From the NCBI GenBank assembly GCA_964016885.1, contig OZ024743.1, positions 351,478,001 through 351,542,000 on the forward strand: 64,000 bases of DNA, read 5' to 3'. Under the pieces are notes generated by a model. The model was not told the DNA's origin. It made no database searches and saw nothing but the letters and a program-made list of their open reading frames with translations. The translations under genes and the position numbers were made by a program. This document shows, piece after piece, positions 41,012 to 54,241 of this stretch. Position 1 is the first letter of the stretch; every line of letters starts with the position of its first letter. Source of the DNA: Eledone cirrhosa (Eukaryota).

Positions 41012-43755
41012 TCGAAATATAATACGTGAATGCAATAGATAAAATCCATGGGGCTGAAAATCGGGACCCGAGGGCGACCGCTATTCTGTTCCTTCAACCT
41101 CAGCCGGTCGCCCTGGAGTGACGTGGCTAAATTTTATAGTATGCTACTACCGGTCAGATGAACGAAAACAGAAAGAGATGGGAGCATAGGTTAACGTCGA
41201 TCCCATGACACAAGGTAAAAGAAAGAAAGAAAGGAAGGAGAAGAAGGGGGAAGAAAGAAGAAGAGAAGTCAGGGTTAATGTCAGCTAAAAGAGGAAGGTA
41301 ACTACTACTGGTCAGATATAGGCAAGCAAGAGGGGGAAGGAAGATAAGTCTGCGGGAGGAGGAGAGGAGAGAAGGAAGGGAAGAGAGAAGTAAAAAAGTA
41401 AGGGTTGATGGCTACAAGAAGGAAGATAGAAAGGAAGAGGAAGAAAGGTCGATATTAATGTCAGACCACAGTCAAGCCAGGAGTGGCGCGAGAAAATTTT
41501 CACAGGGACCCGCATCTTAGCGGAGATGAATATATTGGGAGTCAGTGTTTTACAGTGTTTAGACTTCTAGGATGAAGTTAAAAAAATTTAATAATCAATA
41601 TTCAATATTAAAGAGGTTAGAAAATTTAAAGTTCAACAGTTTAACAATTAATTATATAATAGTTCCGATTTGTTCTGTAATTTAAAGGTACTATTTGGCG
41701 GTTAAAACACCGGCCGCGCCCCGGGCCCCATGGCGAATTAAGCCACGCCGAGTATTTTCATTTACTGAAAGAAGGGGAATTTATTTTTCCAAGCACTCCA
41801 GGTGAGCTCGTTCGCCAGGGAGCTGGTCGCGCCGCCATTAAAACCCACCCAACAGTCCGACAGAAAGTTGGAACTTTAACATTTAGCTTAGAGAAGTAAA
41901 AGAGTAATGGTTGATAGCTACAAGAAGGAAGATAGAAAGAGAGAGGAAGGAAGGTCGATATTAATGTCACACCACAGTCGGGCCAGGAGTGGCGCGACAA
42001 AATGTTCACAGGGACTCGCATCTTAGCAGAGGTGAATATATTGGGGGTCAGTGTGTTACAATGTTTAGACTTATAGGATGAAGTTAAAAAATTAATAAAT
42101 TAATAATCAATATTCCATATTAAAGAGGTTAGAAAATTTAAAGCTCAACAGTTTCAGGTTGATATATATAATAGTTCCGATTTGTTCTGTAATTTAAAGG
42201 TACTATTTGGCGGTTAAAACACCGGCCGCGCCCCGGGCCCCATGGCTAATTAAGCCACGCCGAGTATTTTCATTTACTGAAAGAAGGGGAATTTATTTTT
42301 CCAAGCACTCCAGGTGAGCCCGTTCGCCAGGGAGCTGGTCGCGCCGCCGCTAAAACCCACCCAACGGTCCGACAGAAAGTTGGAACTTTAGAATTTTGCT
42401 TAACTCTATCGGATGAAGTTGAAAGAATTCAGAGTAACATTATGAAACTAAGGAGTAAGAGGATTGAGAATTGAACAAACAGAAAATTGAAGATTAGACA
42501 TTCAAATAACTTCTATGAGGTTTTGGGTTGCGGGGTTTAATTAAATAGTCTTTTATGAAGAAACGTTAATTGTATTATGTAGATCTGTAATTTATCCTAG
42601 TGGGATGTAGAGTACGGGATATAGTCGTGTAATGTTTAATTTTTGTTCTCAGGAGGAGACATTCTAGTGTCGTGTGCTAATGGGTACAGGTCCCAATGTG
42701 AGGAGTAGAAATACATGGATACATAGAAGTGGAATACGTGGAAGAGCTAATGGGTACAGGTCCCAATGTGAGGGGTAGAAATACATGGATACATAGAAGT
42801 GGAATACGTGGAAGAGCACATTGGTACAGCAGAGGTATAAATATATAAACATATCAATATATAGGTATAAACATGTAAATAAACCAACAAGAGTGGTGTT
42901 GGAGTAAGATGGAGAAATCAGGACATTAATACAGCAAACAAAGATGTGAAGATATAGATAAACAAACAATAGTCGTTGTCTAGTAAATGTAGAGTTCAAG
43001 AGACAGGAGAAATACAATATAGTTCAGGTTGCGGTATTTATGTTCCCAGGGAGAAATATTCCAGTGACGTGTGCTGAGAGTACACGCGAGTAAAAGTCCG
43101 AATAAGGGAAGTAGAAAGTACATGGATGTATAGAGGTAGAATACGTGGAGGAGCATTAATACAGCAAATAAAGATGTAAAGATATAAATAAACAAACAAG
43201 AGTCGTTGTCTATTAAATGGAGAGTTCAAGACACAGGAGATATACAATATAGTTCAAGTTGCAGTCAGATAATGCATATAGATGTGGAAACAGTGCGTGT
43301 TCGAGTCTGGGAGTTCAGTGTGAGTTATACATGCCCAGAAGTATAGGGTAGCCATTTAGTTAATTCAGTGCAGTACAATACATGTTATGGTCCAGTCCGT
43401 GGAGTTTCGTCGAAGTTCGGATATTCTGTGAGGGGAGTAGCAAAGGGCCAGGCGAAAGCACCGGGTAGCCAAAGTTCGAATTGTGGTTAGAGATATTCAG
43501 TCCCATGCCGCTGTTGATTATTACATTTTGAAGTGCTCAACATTTCAGGAGCGTTATTTATTCAGGTTTGAGGTTCACCACTGTATAGAGCTGGTCTATT
43601 CCGTATGGTCAATCGTAATGCAATAATATAGAGAGTACTCAACGTAAAGCAGTTCAACCGTCTTTGTTTTTGTAGTTGGTGGTGCTATTACGGAGTTAAA
43701 TATTATAATGAAATGACAGGAGGCTGGATTTGTGTAAATCCTTGAAAGGTTTATT

Positions 43756-43813
43756 ATACTATGATCATTTCAATGACCGGGTTCCGTATGAATCCGGTGA
43801 TATCATCAGGTAT
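43756..43813 (-). ncRNA. Type I hammerhead ribozyme (second copy)
   Basis: Identical to 40954-41011, offset 2802. Confidence 0.8.
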
Positions 43814-45825
43814 TCGAAATATAATACGTGAATGCAATAGGTAAAATCCATGGGGCTGAAAATCGGGACCCGAGGGCGACCGCTATTCTGTTCCTTCAAC
43901 CTCAGCCGGTCGCCCTGGAGTGACGTGGCTAAATTTTATAGTATGCTACTACCGGTCAGATGAACGAAAACAGAAAGAGATGGGAGCATAGGTTAACGTC
44001 GATCCCATGACACAAGGTAAAAGAAAGAAAGAAAGGAAGGAGAAGAAGGGGGAAGAAAGAAGAAGAGAAGTCAGGGTTAATGTCAGCTAAAAGAGGAAGG
44101 TAACTACTACTGGTCAGATATAGGCAAGCAAGAGGGGGAAGGAAGATAAGTCTGCGGGAGGAGGAGAGGAGAGAAGGAAGGGAAGAGAGAAGTAGAAAAG
44201 TAAGGGTTGATGGCTACAAGAAGGAAGATAGAAAGGAAGAGGAAGAAAGGTCGATATTAATGTCAGACCACAGTCAAGCCAGGAGTGGCGCGAGAAAATT
44301 TTCACAGGGACCCGCATCTTAGCGGAGATGAATATATTGGGAGTCAGTGTTTTACAGTGTTTAGACTTCTAGGATGAAGTTAAAAAAATTTAATAATCAA
44401 TATTCAATATTAAAGAGGTTAGAAAATTTAAAGTTCAACAGTTTAACAATTAATTATATAATAGTTCCGATTTGTTCTGTAATTTAAAGGTACTATTTGG
44501 CGGTTAAAACACCGGCCGCGCCCCGGGCCCCATGGCGAATTAAGCCACGCCGAGTATTTTCATTTACTGAAAGAAGGGGAATTTATTTTTCCAAGCACTC
44601 CAGGTGAGCTCGTTCGCCAGGGAGCTGGTCGCGCCGCCATTAAAACCCACCCAACAGTCCGACAGAAAGTTGGAACTTTAACATTTAGCTTAGAGAAGTA
44701 AAAGAGTAATGGTTGATAGCTACAAGAAGGAAGATAGAAAGAGAGAGGAAGGAAGGTCGATATTAATGTCACACCACAGTCGGGCCAGGAGTGGCGCGAC
44801 AAAATGTTCACAGGGACTCGCATCTTAGCAGAGGTGAATATATTGGGGGTCAGTGTATTACAATGTTTAGACTTATAGGATGAAGTTAAAAAATTAATAA
44901 ATTAATAATCAATATTCCATATTAAAGAGGTTAGAAAATTTAAAGCTCAACAGTTTCAGGTTGATATATATAATAGTTCCGATTTGTTCTGTAATTTAAA
45001 GGTACTATTTGGCGGTTAAAACACCGGCCGCGCCCCGGGCCCCATGGCTAATTAAGCCACGCCGAGTATTTTCATTTACTGAAAGAAGGGGAATTTATTT
45101 TTCCAAGCACTCCAGGTGAGCCCGTTCGCCAGGGAGCTGGTCGCGCCGCCGCTAAAACCCACCCAACGGTCCGACAGAAAGTTGGAACTTTAGAATTTTG
45201 CTTAACTCTATCGGATGAAGTTGAAAGAATTCAGAGTAACATTATGAAACTAAGGAGTAAGAGGATTGAGAATTGAACAAACAGAAAATTGAAGATTAGA
45301 CATTCAAATAACTTCTATGAGGTTTTGGGTTGCGGGGTTTAATTAAATAGTCTTTTATGAAGAAACGTTAATTGTATTATGTAGATCTGTAATTTATCCT
45401 AGTGGGATGTAGAGTACGGGATATAGTCGTGTAATGTTTAATTTTTGTTCTCAGGAGGAGACATTCTAGTGTCGTGTGCTAATGGGTACAGGTCCCAATG
45501 TGAGGAGTAGAAATACATGTATACATAGAAGTGGAATACGTGGAAGAGCTAATGGGTACAGGTCCCAATGTGAGGGGTAGAAATACATGGATACATAGAA
45601 GTGGAATACGTAGAAGAGCACATTGGTACAGCAGAGGTATAAATATATAAACATATCAATATATAGGTATAAACATGTAAATAAACCAACAAGAGTGGTG
45701 TTGGAGTAAGATGGAGAAATCAGGACATTAATACAGCAAACAAAGATGTGAAGATATAGATAAACAAACAATAGTCGTTGTCTAGTAAATGTAGAGTTCA
45801 AGAGACATATATATATGTATATATA

Positions 45826-45860
<35 letters not shown>

Positions 45861-45884
45861 ATGAATATATGTCTGTATGGTGTA

Positions 45885-46091
<207 letters not shown>

Positions 46092-46184
46092 ATGTGTGAC
46101 CCCACTCTCAAGAGCGTGAAATCAATAAACATTTGTTTGTTCTGCCCCTCTGTTTTGTTCCCGTTCATTTTTTCCTTATATATA

Positions 46185-46237
<53 letters not shown>

Positions 46238-46254
46238 GTGTGTATATATGTATA

Positions 46255-46304
<50 letters not shown>

Positions 46305-46346
46305 AGTGTATACATGTTTTTATGTATGTATTTTTATATATGTATG

Positions 46347-46452
<106 letters not shown>

Positions 46453-46479
46453 GGAAAGTAAAAATCGGAGAATAGACCG

Positions 46480-48033
46480 TTAAAACATGTTTATTTAAAA
46501 TATCACCTACGTACGTTTCGCCCAGTTGGGCTTCTCAAGGGCATAAATAATCACAAGTGTTCCATATATAGTTCGGAAAGAGTTTTGTGGGTTAAATCTA
46601 CATCAAGATTCATTGCTCGCAAAAATATCTTGTTTTGATTTTGCAGCAGGTCAAGGGAGGTAACTCTGGCCGGTGTTAGGGCAGTCTTTCCCGGATAATT
46701 TTTTTTTTTTTTTTTTTTTTGCCGCATCCGTTTGTCTGAGGCTGGGTCTGGTATGCAAGGATTGTTTTATGGGTGTTATTTTGCAGCGCCTGCCCGCCGG
46801 GGTGTTAAGACTTGTTGCAGGGAGATCCAGTGTACTATTTCACTCTTCATCCTTAACCCATCTAAAGAAGGAAATTTTTAAGCGATGTGTGCAACTTATC
46901 GCTGTTTCAGCTCTGCTGTTGATGAGCTTGTGGGGTGCAGTTATGATGTGGTAGAGCTCCATGAGGCAAAGATCGCATTTCCTCTTGAAGTTGTACGGTG
47001 CAGCCCTGCCGACAATCTCCCAGTGCGTGGACAAGCTGATGTTTGAGTCCTTTAGTGATGTGATGTAGACGGCGAGCGAAGTGGACTGCCTTAGTTTTCT
47101 ATTTGTGAAAGAGTGGATATGTGTTCGAAACCTAATTTTGAACGGGCCAGAGGTGGCCCCTATATAATGTTTAACGCTATTGTGGCTAGTAATAGTGCAT
47201 CTATATATAACCCTATCAGTCAAGCAGTATCCTCTAAGGGGGCAGCGTCCTCTGTCGCGGCAGTTGCAATTTCTGTCGCGGTTCCGTCTATTTCCCACGG
47301 TAAGGCTATCATTGTTGCTGCCTACGTTGTTACCTACGCTACCGCAGCTGTCGTTAGCACAACTACAACCCACAGCACGCGGGATGGTGCGATTGTTATT
47401 CCGCACGGCATGTTCTGCATGTTCCCCAGTCACTTCGCGGTCATTCTGGTTGCGTCTGCGGATGCCGTTGCCAACACTATTGGATGCTGCCAGGGAGTTG
47501 TTAAGGCCGATATAGTTATTGTCAGGTGTAGGTGCGTCTGTGTCGAGGTGCTGTGTCTTGGTGATCTTACTGTGGTTCGTTGTTCCTATGATGTCTGCTA
47601 GGTTAGGAGTAGTAGAGAAGGATATTTTTATATTGTTCCTATTAAGAATTTTTCTATACCTATGGTTGGGCGGGAAGTTCTTCTCTAAGGCTTCGAAGAA
47701 TATCCGGGGTATGTTGGAGGCCACACTCCGAGAGTAGGGGGGGTGGAACCATAGGACGTTACGGTGGCGATTACGTGTCCTTGTACTTTTGCTACGGGTG
47801 GTTCCATCTAAGTGACCGCTCTTATGTGTGTTAATGCGCAGTCGCCCGTTCGGTGCCCCTTTCACTTTATGCTCGGGTGCACTCTTTCTACCTCTTCCAT
47901 GTTTATGTACACGAAGATGTTGGTTGGAAGGCGCTGGTAGTAGGCCGTCGCCTTTGTTAGTTTTGTAATAGGGGAATAGTTTGAGTAATCTACAGTGTTC
48001 ACCGTCGCCGGGGACGTGATCTTTGGTGCGGTT
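46480..48033 (-). mobile_element. 5'-truncated Penelope-like element: linker + GIY-YIG ORF + pLTR
   Basis: ORF 46840..48093: VLWFHPPYS...[21 protein letters not shown]...[42 protein letters not shown]; hammerhead-like motif at 46507-46542. Confidence 0.9.
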
Positions 48034-48034
48034 A

Positions 48035-48090
<56 letters not shown>

Positions 48091-48804
48091 CATGTGTGTA
48101 TATATGTATGTATGTATATATATATATATGTATATATATATGTATATATATATATATATATGTGTACATATGTGTGTATGTGTGTGTGTGTATGTATGTG
48201 TATGTATGTATGTGTATATTTATATATATAAATATATTTATATGTGTGTCTGTGTATATGTGTGTCTGTGTATGTGTGTTTATGGGTGTGCGCGAGTGTG
48301 TTAGTGAGTGTGTCTTGTGTGCGCGCGAGTGTGTTAGTGAGTGTGTCTTGTGAATGTGTCTGTTGTTTTTTGGCATATAGTTGAATAGTTTAAGAGTAAT
48401 TTGAGGATAATTGTAAGATATGCACTTAATATTCTGAATTTGTCTACAGAATTCTCTAAACCTTTGTCACTTAGTAGAACCTTAATGATTTTAGCTATTA
48501 AAGAATCTCCCTTTCCTTTAAATCTATCTACCATGACTGACACCCCACTGATCTTATAGACACCTGTTAGCTTAAGAGAAACTTAATAATAAGGAATGGC
48601 ATGCCATCCTGAACCTGTTTATAGAATTCTGTCTGCCTTTGTTACTCTAAAAACAAAAATAAATAAAAATTAAAATAAAAATAAACTATAGCTTTGTAGA
48701 ATTAGCTTTTAATGAATTCCCTCTTCTATCAACCAATGACCTACACCCATCCCACTCCCCACCCTCTCCTACCACTTGTATAAATACCATACTTATTTTT
48801 TGAT

Positions 48805-48944
48805 ACCCAGATTCCTGATGATTTCTAAAGAATGAAACAGTTCTAGTCCTGTAGAATCTCATCTATATTAAAACTTTTATACTCTGCAATGTATTGAGTA
48901 CCTTACTTACTGTGGTTACCTCCGATTCAACCCGGAATAACGTA

Positions 48945-48945
<1 letters not shown>
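48805..48945 (+). mobile_element. PLE pLTR end with hammerhead-like core
   Basis: CTGATGA-TTTC(TAAA)GAAT-GAAACAG at 48815; related inverted copy at 57322-57470. Confidence 0.55.
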
Positions 48946-49031
<86 letters not shown>

Positions 49032-49265
49032 TTTGGCTTAAGCCATAAACACTTATTCTTGAATTTCCACGTGTATGCCCTACCTCAGACTGCATAAATA
49101 AAGGGCCAAATCAAAACAATAAAATGCCGTTTTTTTTGCTTCGTCAGAGTTGCCGTTTGAAAAACGTTCACTCGCAGAAACCTAAAGTGGACAGCCTGTA
49201 TTCAAAGGTAAATGAAATAATCAAAGTCTGGTACAAGTATTAAATACATTTGTCCCATTCGTTAT

Positions 49266-49322
<57 letters not shown>

Positions 49323-49640
49323 CATACACAGTTCAAGAGTAACCAATCTTAAAGAGAGAGATGGAGATAAGAGAGGAGATAGGAGAGGAGAGATTGGTGA
49401 ATTAGTTAGAAGCCAAAGCGTAAAGGCATGTGCTCAATGTGCAATATGCAGTGGAAACCAGCTAGGTGGCTGGGTTCATGCAGATGTTAGGCACACAGAG
49501 CTGGAAATATTCATTAGTTAAGCAAAACAAGACCACAAATTTCACAAGGAAGACATTATTAAAAGATTGTCCACATATTTTAGTTTGATGTAAGGAATGT
49601 AGAGAATAATAATAATAATATTAATAATAATAATAATAAT

Positions 49641-49821
49641 TGTTTCTACTTTAGGCACAAGGCCAGCAATTATCCAGTGCATTACTGGTACTTTATTTTA
49701 TCGACCCCGTAAGGATGAAAGGCAAAGTCAACCTCGGCGGGATTTGAACTCAGATCGTAAAGGGACGTAACTATGCTGGAAAGCATGGCGTCCGACCCTC
49801 CACCGATACTGCCAATCCACC
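49641..49821 (-). mobile_element. tRNA-derived SINE (family A)
   Basis: Reverse complement of 34867-35050. Confidence 0.92.
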
Positions 49822-50161
49822 TTATAGAGCGGCTTATCGGAACTTCAAAGGAAAATAAATTAAGGAAATAATGTCAGGAGATCTCACACAATGCAGCCTC
49901 GACAGAAGAATACTGCTTGATTATGGCAGACAATTGATACACACAGGACACCATAGTGAAATACCAATATATGGAACATTACATTTATGTAACATTCTTT
50001 CCTTACTTTAATTTATATTCTTTTGAAGTTTCGATGAGCCGCTCTATCTTTAACTATGTTAATTATTTTCAACTGAACCAGATCAATAATGATATATAGT
50101 CATTTGATCCAGAAATATTATATGGAGTAGCGAAACAATTGTAAACGGACATTATTATTAA

Positions 50162-50600
50162 GGGCGGTGGATTGGCAGTATCAGTAGAGGGTCGGACGCC
50201 ATGCTTTCCAGCATAGTTACGTCCCTTTACGATCAGAGTTCAAATCCCGCCGAGGTTGACTTTGCCTTTCATCCTTACGGGGTCGATGAAATAAAGTACC
50301 AGTAATGCACTGGGTAATTGCTGGCCTTGTGCCTAAAGTAGAAACAATTATTAGTATTATTATTATTATTATTATTATTAATTAGGGCGGTGGATTGGCA
50401 GTATCGGTAGAGGGTCGGACGCAATGCTTTGCAGCATAGGGTTACAGCCCGTTACGGTCTGAGTTCAAATCCCGCCGAGGTTAACTTTGCCTTTTATCCT
50501 TACAAGGTCGATAAAATAAGGTACCAGGAATACACTGAGATAATTTTTGGCCTTGTGCCAAAAGTAGAAACAATTATTATTATTATTAATATTATTATTA
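50162..50600 (+). mobile_element. Two tandem family A SINEs (50162-50350, 50385-50575)
   Basis: Both have A/B boxes, core and (ATT)n tails. Confidence 0.92.
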
Positions 50601-50696
50601 TTAGTCTCTACATTCCTTACATCAAACTAAAATATGTGGACAATCTTTTAATAATGTCTTCCTTGTGAAATTTGTGGTCTTGTTTTGCTTAACTAA

Positions 50697-50761
<65 letters not shown>

Positions 50762-50809
50762 TATTTTCCGTTGTGTTGTAATATAAATATTACACACAAT
50801 ATAAATATT

Positions 50810-53101
50810 ACACACATACCAACCCAAGATAGAAAGGAATATTTATTGAGTATGATTCAAAAGACTAATGAATTCATTCGATGTGTCAGGTGGAAAACGC
50901 TCCACTATGATAGAAGCCGTATGAACTCAACATTAGAAAGTGGTGTAAACAACAAATTCGGTTTTAGGACTTGTAAAAACCCACCCACCAACCCACTATT
51001 AGATGCATTTGAGCAGGACCTTATGAACTTAATCCTTAAAATTAAATTCAAAGGACGCAACACCAACAGCAAATTACAGAAAGATATAAAAAAACTACTG
51101 GACGACCTTAAAAACACCAAAGGAATTGTAGTAAAAGCGGACAAAACATCAAACCTGTACACTATGGATTGCACTACATACAACAACTTCATTCGAAAAG
51201 AATTACATAAAAAATATAGAAAAACGAGTGAAGTAACCCTTAAGCACATCAATGATGAGGCATGCGAAATAGTGAAAAATCTCGGAATCGAAGATAGGAC
51301 AGGACCACTCTTACCGGCGGTACCCACCTTCAATCTTAAGGACCACAAGGTAAACTTTGATAATGACCCTAAAATTAGATTAATCTGTCCCTCTAAATCA
51401 GATATAGGTAAAATAAGCAAATATATCTTAGATAGAATCATCCCCCAAATTAAGGCTAAGGTTAACATTAAACTCTGGGGGAAGACCCAAGAAGCAATAA
51501 GATGGTTTAATAGCATTAGCAATAAGAATAAATCTAAGTTTATCCAGTTTGATATCGATGAATATTACTCATCGATATCACCTGAAACTTTGAATAGAGC
51601 CATTAAGTTTGCTAAAGATAACTCTGACCTTACAAACGATGAAATTAAGATTATATTTGAAGCTAGGAAAACTATAGTCAAATTTGAGAACAGTTATTGG
51701 GTACGTAAAAATAGACCCTCTAACTTTGACATAACAATGGGCTCTAACGATTCGGCGGAAATAACTGATATTGTGGGGTTATTTATCGCCTTTAGACTCC
51801 AGGAAAAATTCAGCAATCTCCACGGCGGAATATACCGCGACGATGTTCTCCTCCTAGCTAAAAACCTTAATAACCAAAAACTATAAAAACTACGCAAAGA
51901 TATAAGAAAACTACTACTCGAAATAGGACTAACTATAACATATGAATACAACCTTAAAGTAGTTAACTTCCTGGATGTCACACTCAATTTAAACTCTGGT
52001 TTGATTAAACCGTTTCATAAATTGAATGAAAATCTCAAATACGTAAATGTTGGGTCTAACCACCCCATCTCTATAATTAAATCTATCCCTAAAAATATTT
52101 CCCTTAGAATCTCGGGTCTATCTTCTAACATACAAGTATTTAAGGAACACGCCGAGTACTACGATAACGCCCTTAGTAAAGCAGCCTACCTCAACAAAAT
52201 AGAGTACATAGATGGGAACAATCAAAACACCCAAAATAAATCCCACATAGGTAGATGTAATAACACAACACCAAACCACACTTACTACCATAGTATGCAC
52301 ACCAGTAAACCAACAAACAAAACTAATAGAAAGCGATGCAAAGAGTACTTATGGTATAACCCCGAATACAATAGTTCCATTAGTACAAATTTACCAGTAC
52401 TCTTCTTTAAAATAATTAAAAGACATTTTCCCACATCACACAAATACCACAAAATCCTAAACCCTACCACTATAAGCCTGTCATACTCTACAGCGTTAAA
52501 CCTTGAACAACACATAAAAAAGATCAATACTAGAAGGTTAAACGAAAACACTAAGAACTTAAGTACAAAGAACACAAAAAAAACAGTAGACAATACACTA
52601 CAGAACATAAATAAACCACACCTAAGTTCGTCCGCAATACTACTCCAGAGAAAACCCAACGTACACAACTGTAACTGCACATATCCTGACAACTGCCCCC
52701 TCGGCAATAACTGCCTGGAAAAAAATATTATTTATAAGTGTACCATTAAATCCGGAGGCAACGAGTGGTATTACGTGGGATCAACGGCAACATCGTTTAA
52801 ATCTCGATTGTATAGGCATTCTTACTCAATAAAACACCAGAGCCAAAGAAATGTAACAACTTTAGCAGAAAAAGCTTGGACGCTCAGGGATAGCGATCAA
52901 AAGTTTACCCTAAAATGGGAGAAATTAGCTAAAACCCAAAGCTTTTCCAGGAGCCAAAATTTCTGCAAATTGTGTAATCTTGAGATTTATTACATAATCA
53001 CACACAAGAAGAAACTGCTGAATAACAGAATTGAACGAACATTATTCTGCCGTCACAGAACTAAAACCCTTTTTTCCCACTACAAGCCGAATATTACATA
53101 A
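50810..53101 (+). pseudogene. Near-intact Penelope-like (Naiad-type) RT-GIY-YIG ORF with one in-frame TAA
   Basis: ORFs 50696..51886 and 52001..53101 share a frame and the gap reads open (KLRKDIRK...VNFLDVTLNL). Motifs: ADKT, LKDHK, RLICP, FDIDEYY, MGSNDSAE, YRDD, IIY..YVGST, CKLC, CRH. Confidence 0.92.
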
Positions 53102-53368
53102 AAGAGGGACATCCCCCAACTATATAAACCTTAATCTAGTTAGAAAAATATAAAAACAATCTCTTCTCAACATATATTAATAACCTTAAATTACCACACT
53201 AATAATGGAAAGATATGCTGATGAGAATAGGTGCAAATATGCGATAATGAATGTGTCTAAAAACGTCCATAAGTATGTATATATATGTGAAAATGTATAT
53301 AAATAAGTAAATATATATATATGTTTGATGTGTATAGTTAGATGTAAGTGTATTCATGTATTAAAGTG

Positions 53369-53432
<64 letters not shown>

Positions 53433-53532
53433 AATATAGACATAGAATATTCGAAAATATTCTGTATGTTTATAATAAACATTTTGAAGACCTAATCGCT
53501 ATAGAATAGAATACGTCACGTATTACAATTAG

Positions 53533-53621
53533 ATTCTCGATAAAAGCAAGGGAAGTAATCTACGCGTTTCATTCTTGTTAGAAATCATCAGGACTACATA
53601 TCCAGTGCTTTTATCGAGAAT
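53533..53621 (-). ncRNA. Type I hammerhead ribozyme (array copy 1)
   Basis: GTAGTC-CTGATGA-T-TTCT(AACA)AGAA-T-GAAA-CGCGTA-GATTAC; distal stem I extension ATTCTCGATAAAAGCA/TGCTTTTATCGAGAAT. Confidence 0.85.
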
Positions 53622-53842
53622 GACACAGCTAGAGACTTATAGAATACTTAGCTGTGTACAGGAACTGGTTTGAAAGAGCGGTTGCCGGTCCGGCAGAAAT
53701 TAGAAATTGGAATAAATGCTCTGAAATAGCGATATATATGTGAATATAGACATAGAATATTCGAAAATATTCTGTATGTTTATAATAAACATTTTGAAGA
53801 CCTAATCGCTATAGAATAGAATACGTCACGTATTACAATTAG

Positions 53843-53931
53843 ATTCTCGATAAAAGCAAGGGAAGTAATCTACGCGTTTCATTCTTGTTAGAAATCATCA
53901 GGACTACATATCCAGTGCTTTTATCGAGAAT
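53843..53931 (-). ncRNA. Type I hammerhead ribozyme (array copy 2)
   Basis: Same as copy 1, +310. Confidence 0.85.
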
Positions 53932-54152
53932 GACACAGCTAGAGACTTATAGAATACTTAGCTGTGTACAGGAACTGGTTTGAAAGAGCGGTTGCCGGTC
54001 CGGCAGAAATTAGAAATTGGAATAAATGCTCTGAAATAGCGATATATATGTGAATATAGACATAGAATATTCGAAAATATTCTGTATGTTTATAATAAAC
54101 ATTTTGAAGACCTAATCGCTATAGAATAGAATACGTCATGTATTACAATTAG

Positions 54153-54241
54153 ATTCTCGATAAAAGCAAGGGAAGTAATCTACGCGTTTCATTCTTGTTA
54201 GAAATCATCAGGACTACATATCCAGTGCTTTTATCGAGAAT
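54153..54241 (-). ncRNA. Type I hammerhead ribozyme (array copy 3)
   Basis: Same as copy 1, +620. Confidence 0.85.

Larger units (their letters stand above)
40902..45806 (-). repeat. 2802-bp near-identical tandem duplication (1.75 units), non-coding, with a hammerhead per unit; probably a long PLE pLTR or non-autonomous element
   Basis: 43704-45806 repeats 40902-43004 with few substitutions (identical spurious ORFs offset by 2802); internal ~510-bp and ~58-bp sub-repeats. Confidence 0.9.

Noticed and set aside
51884-51886. Programmed readthrough, selenocysteine or editing rescue of the PLE stop
   Set aside because: The codon is TAA, not TGA. A single GAA>TAA-type mutation is simpler, and there is no evidence for recoding.
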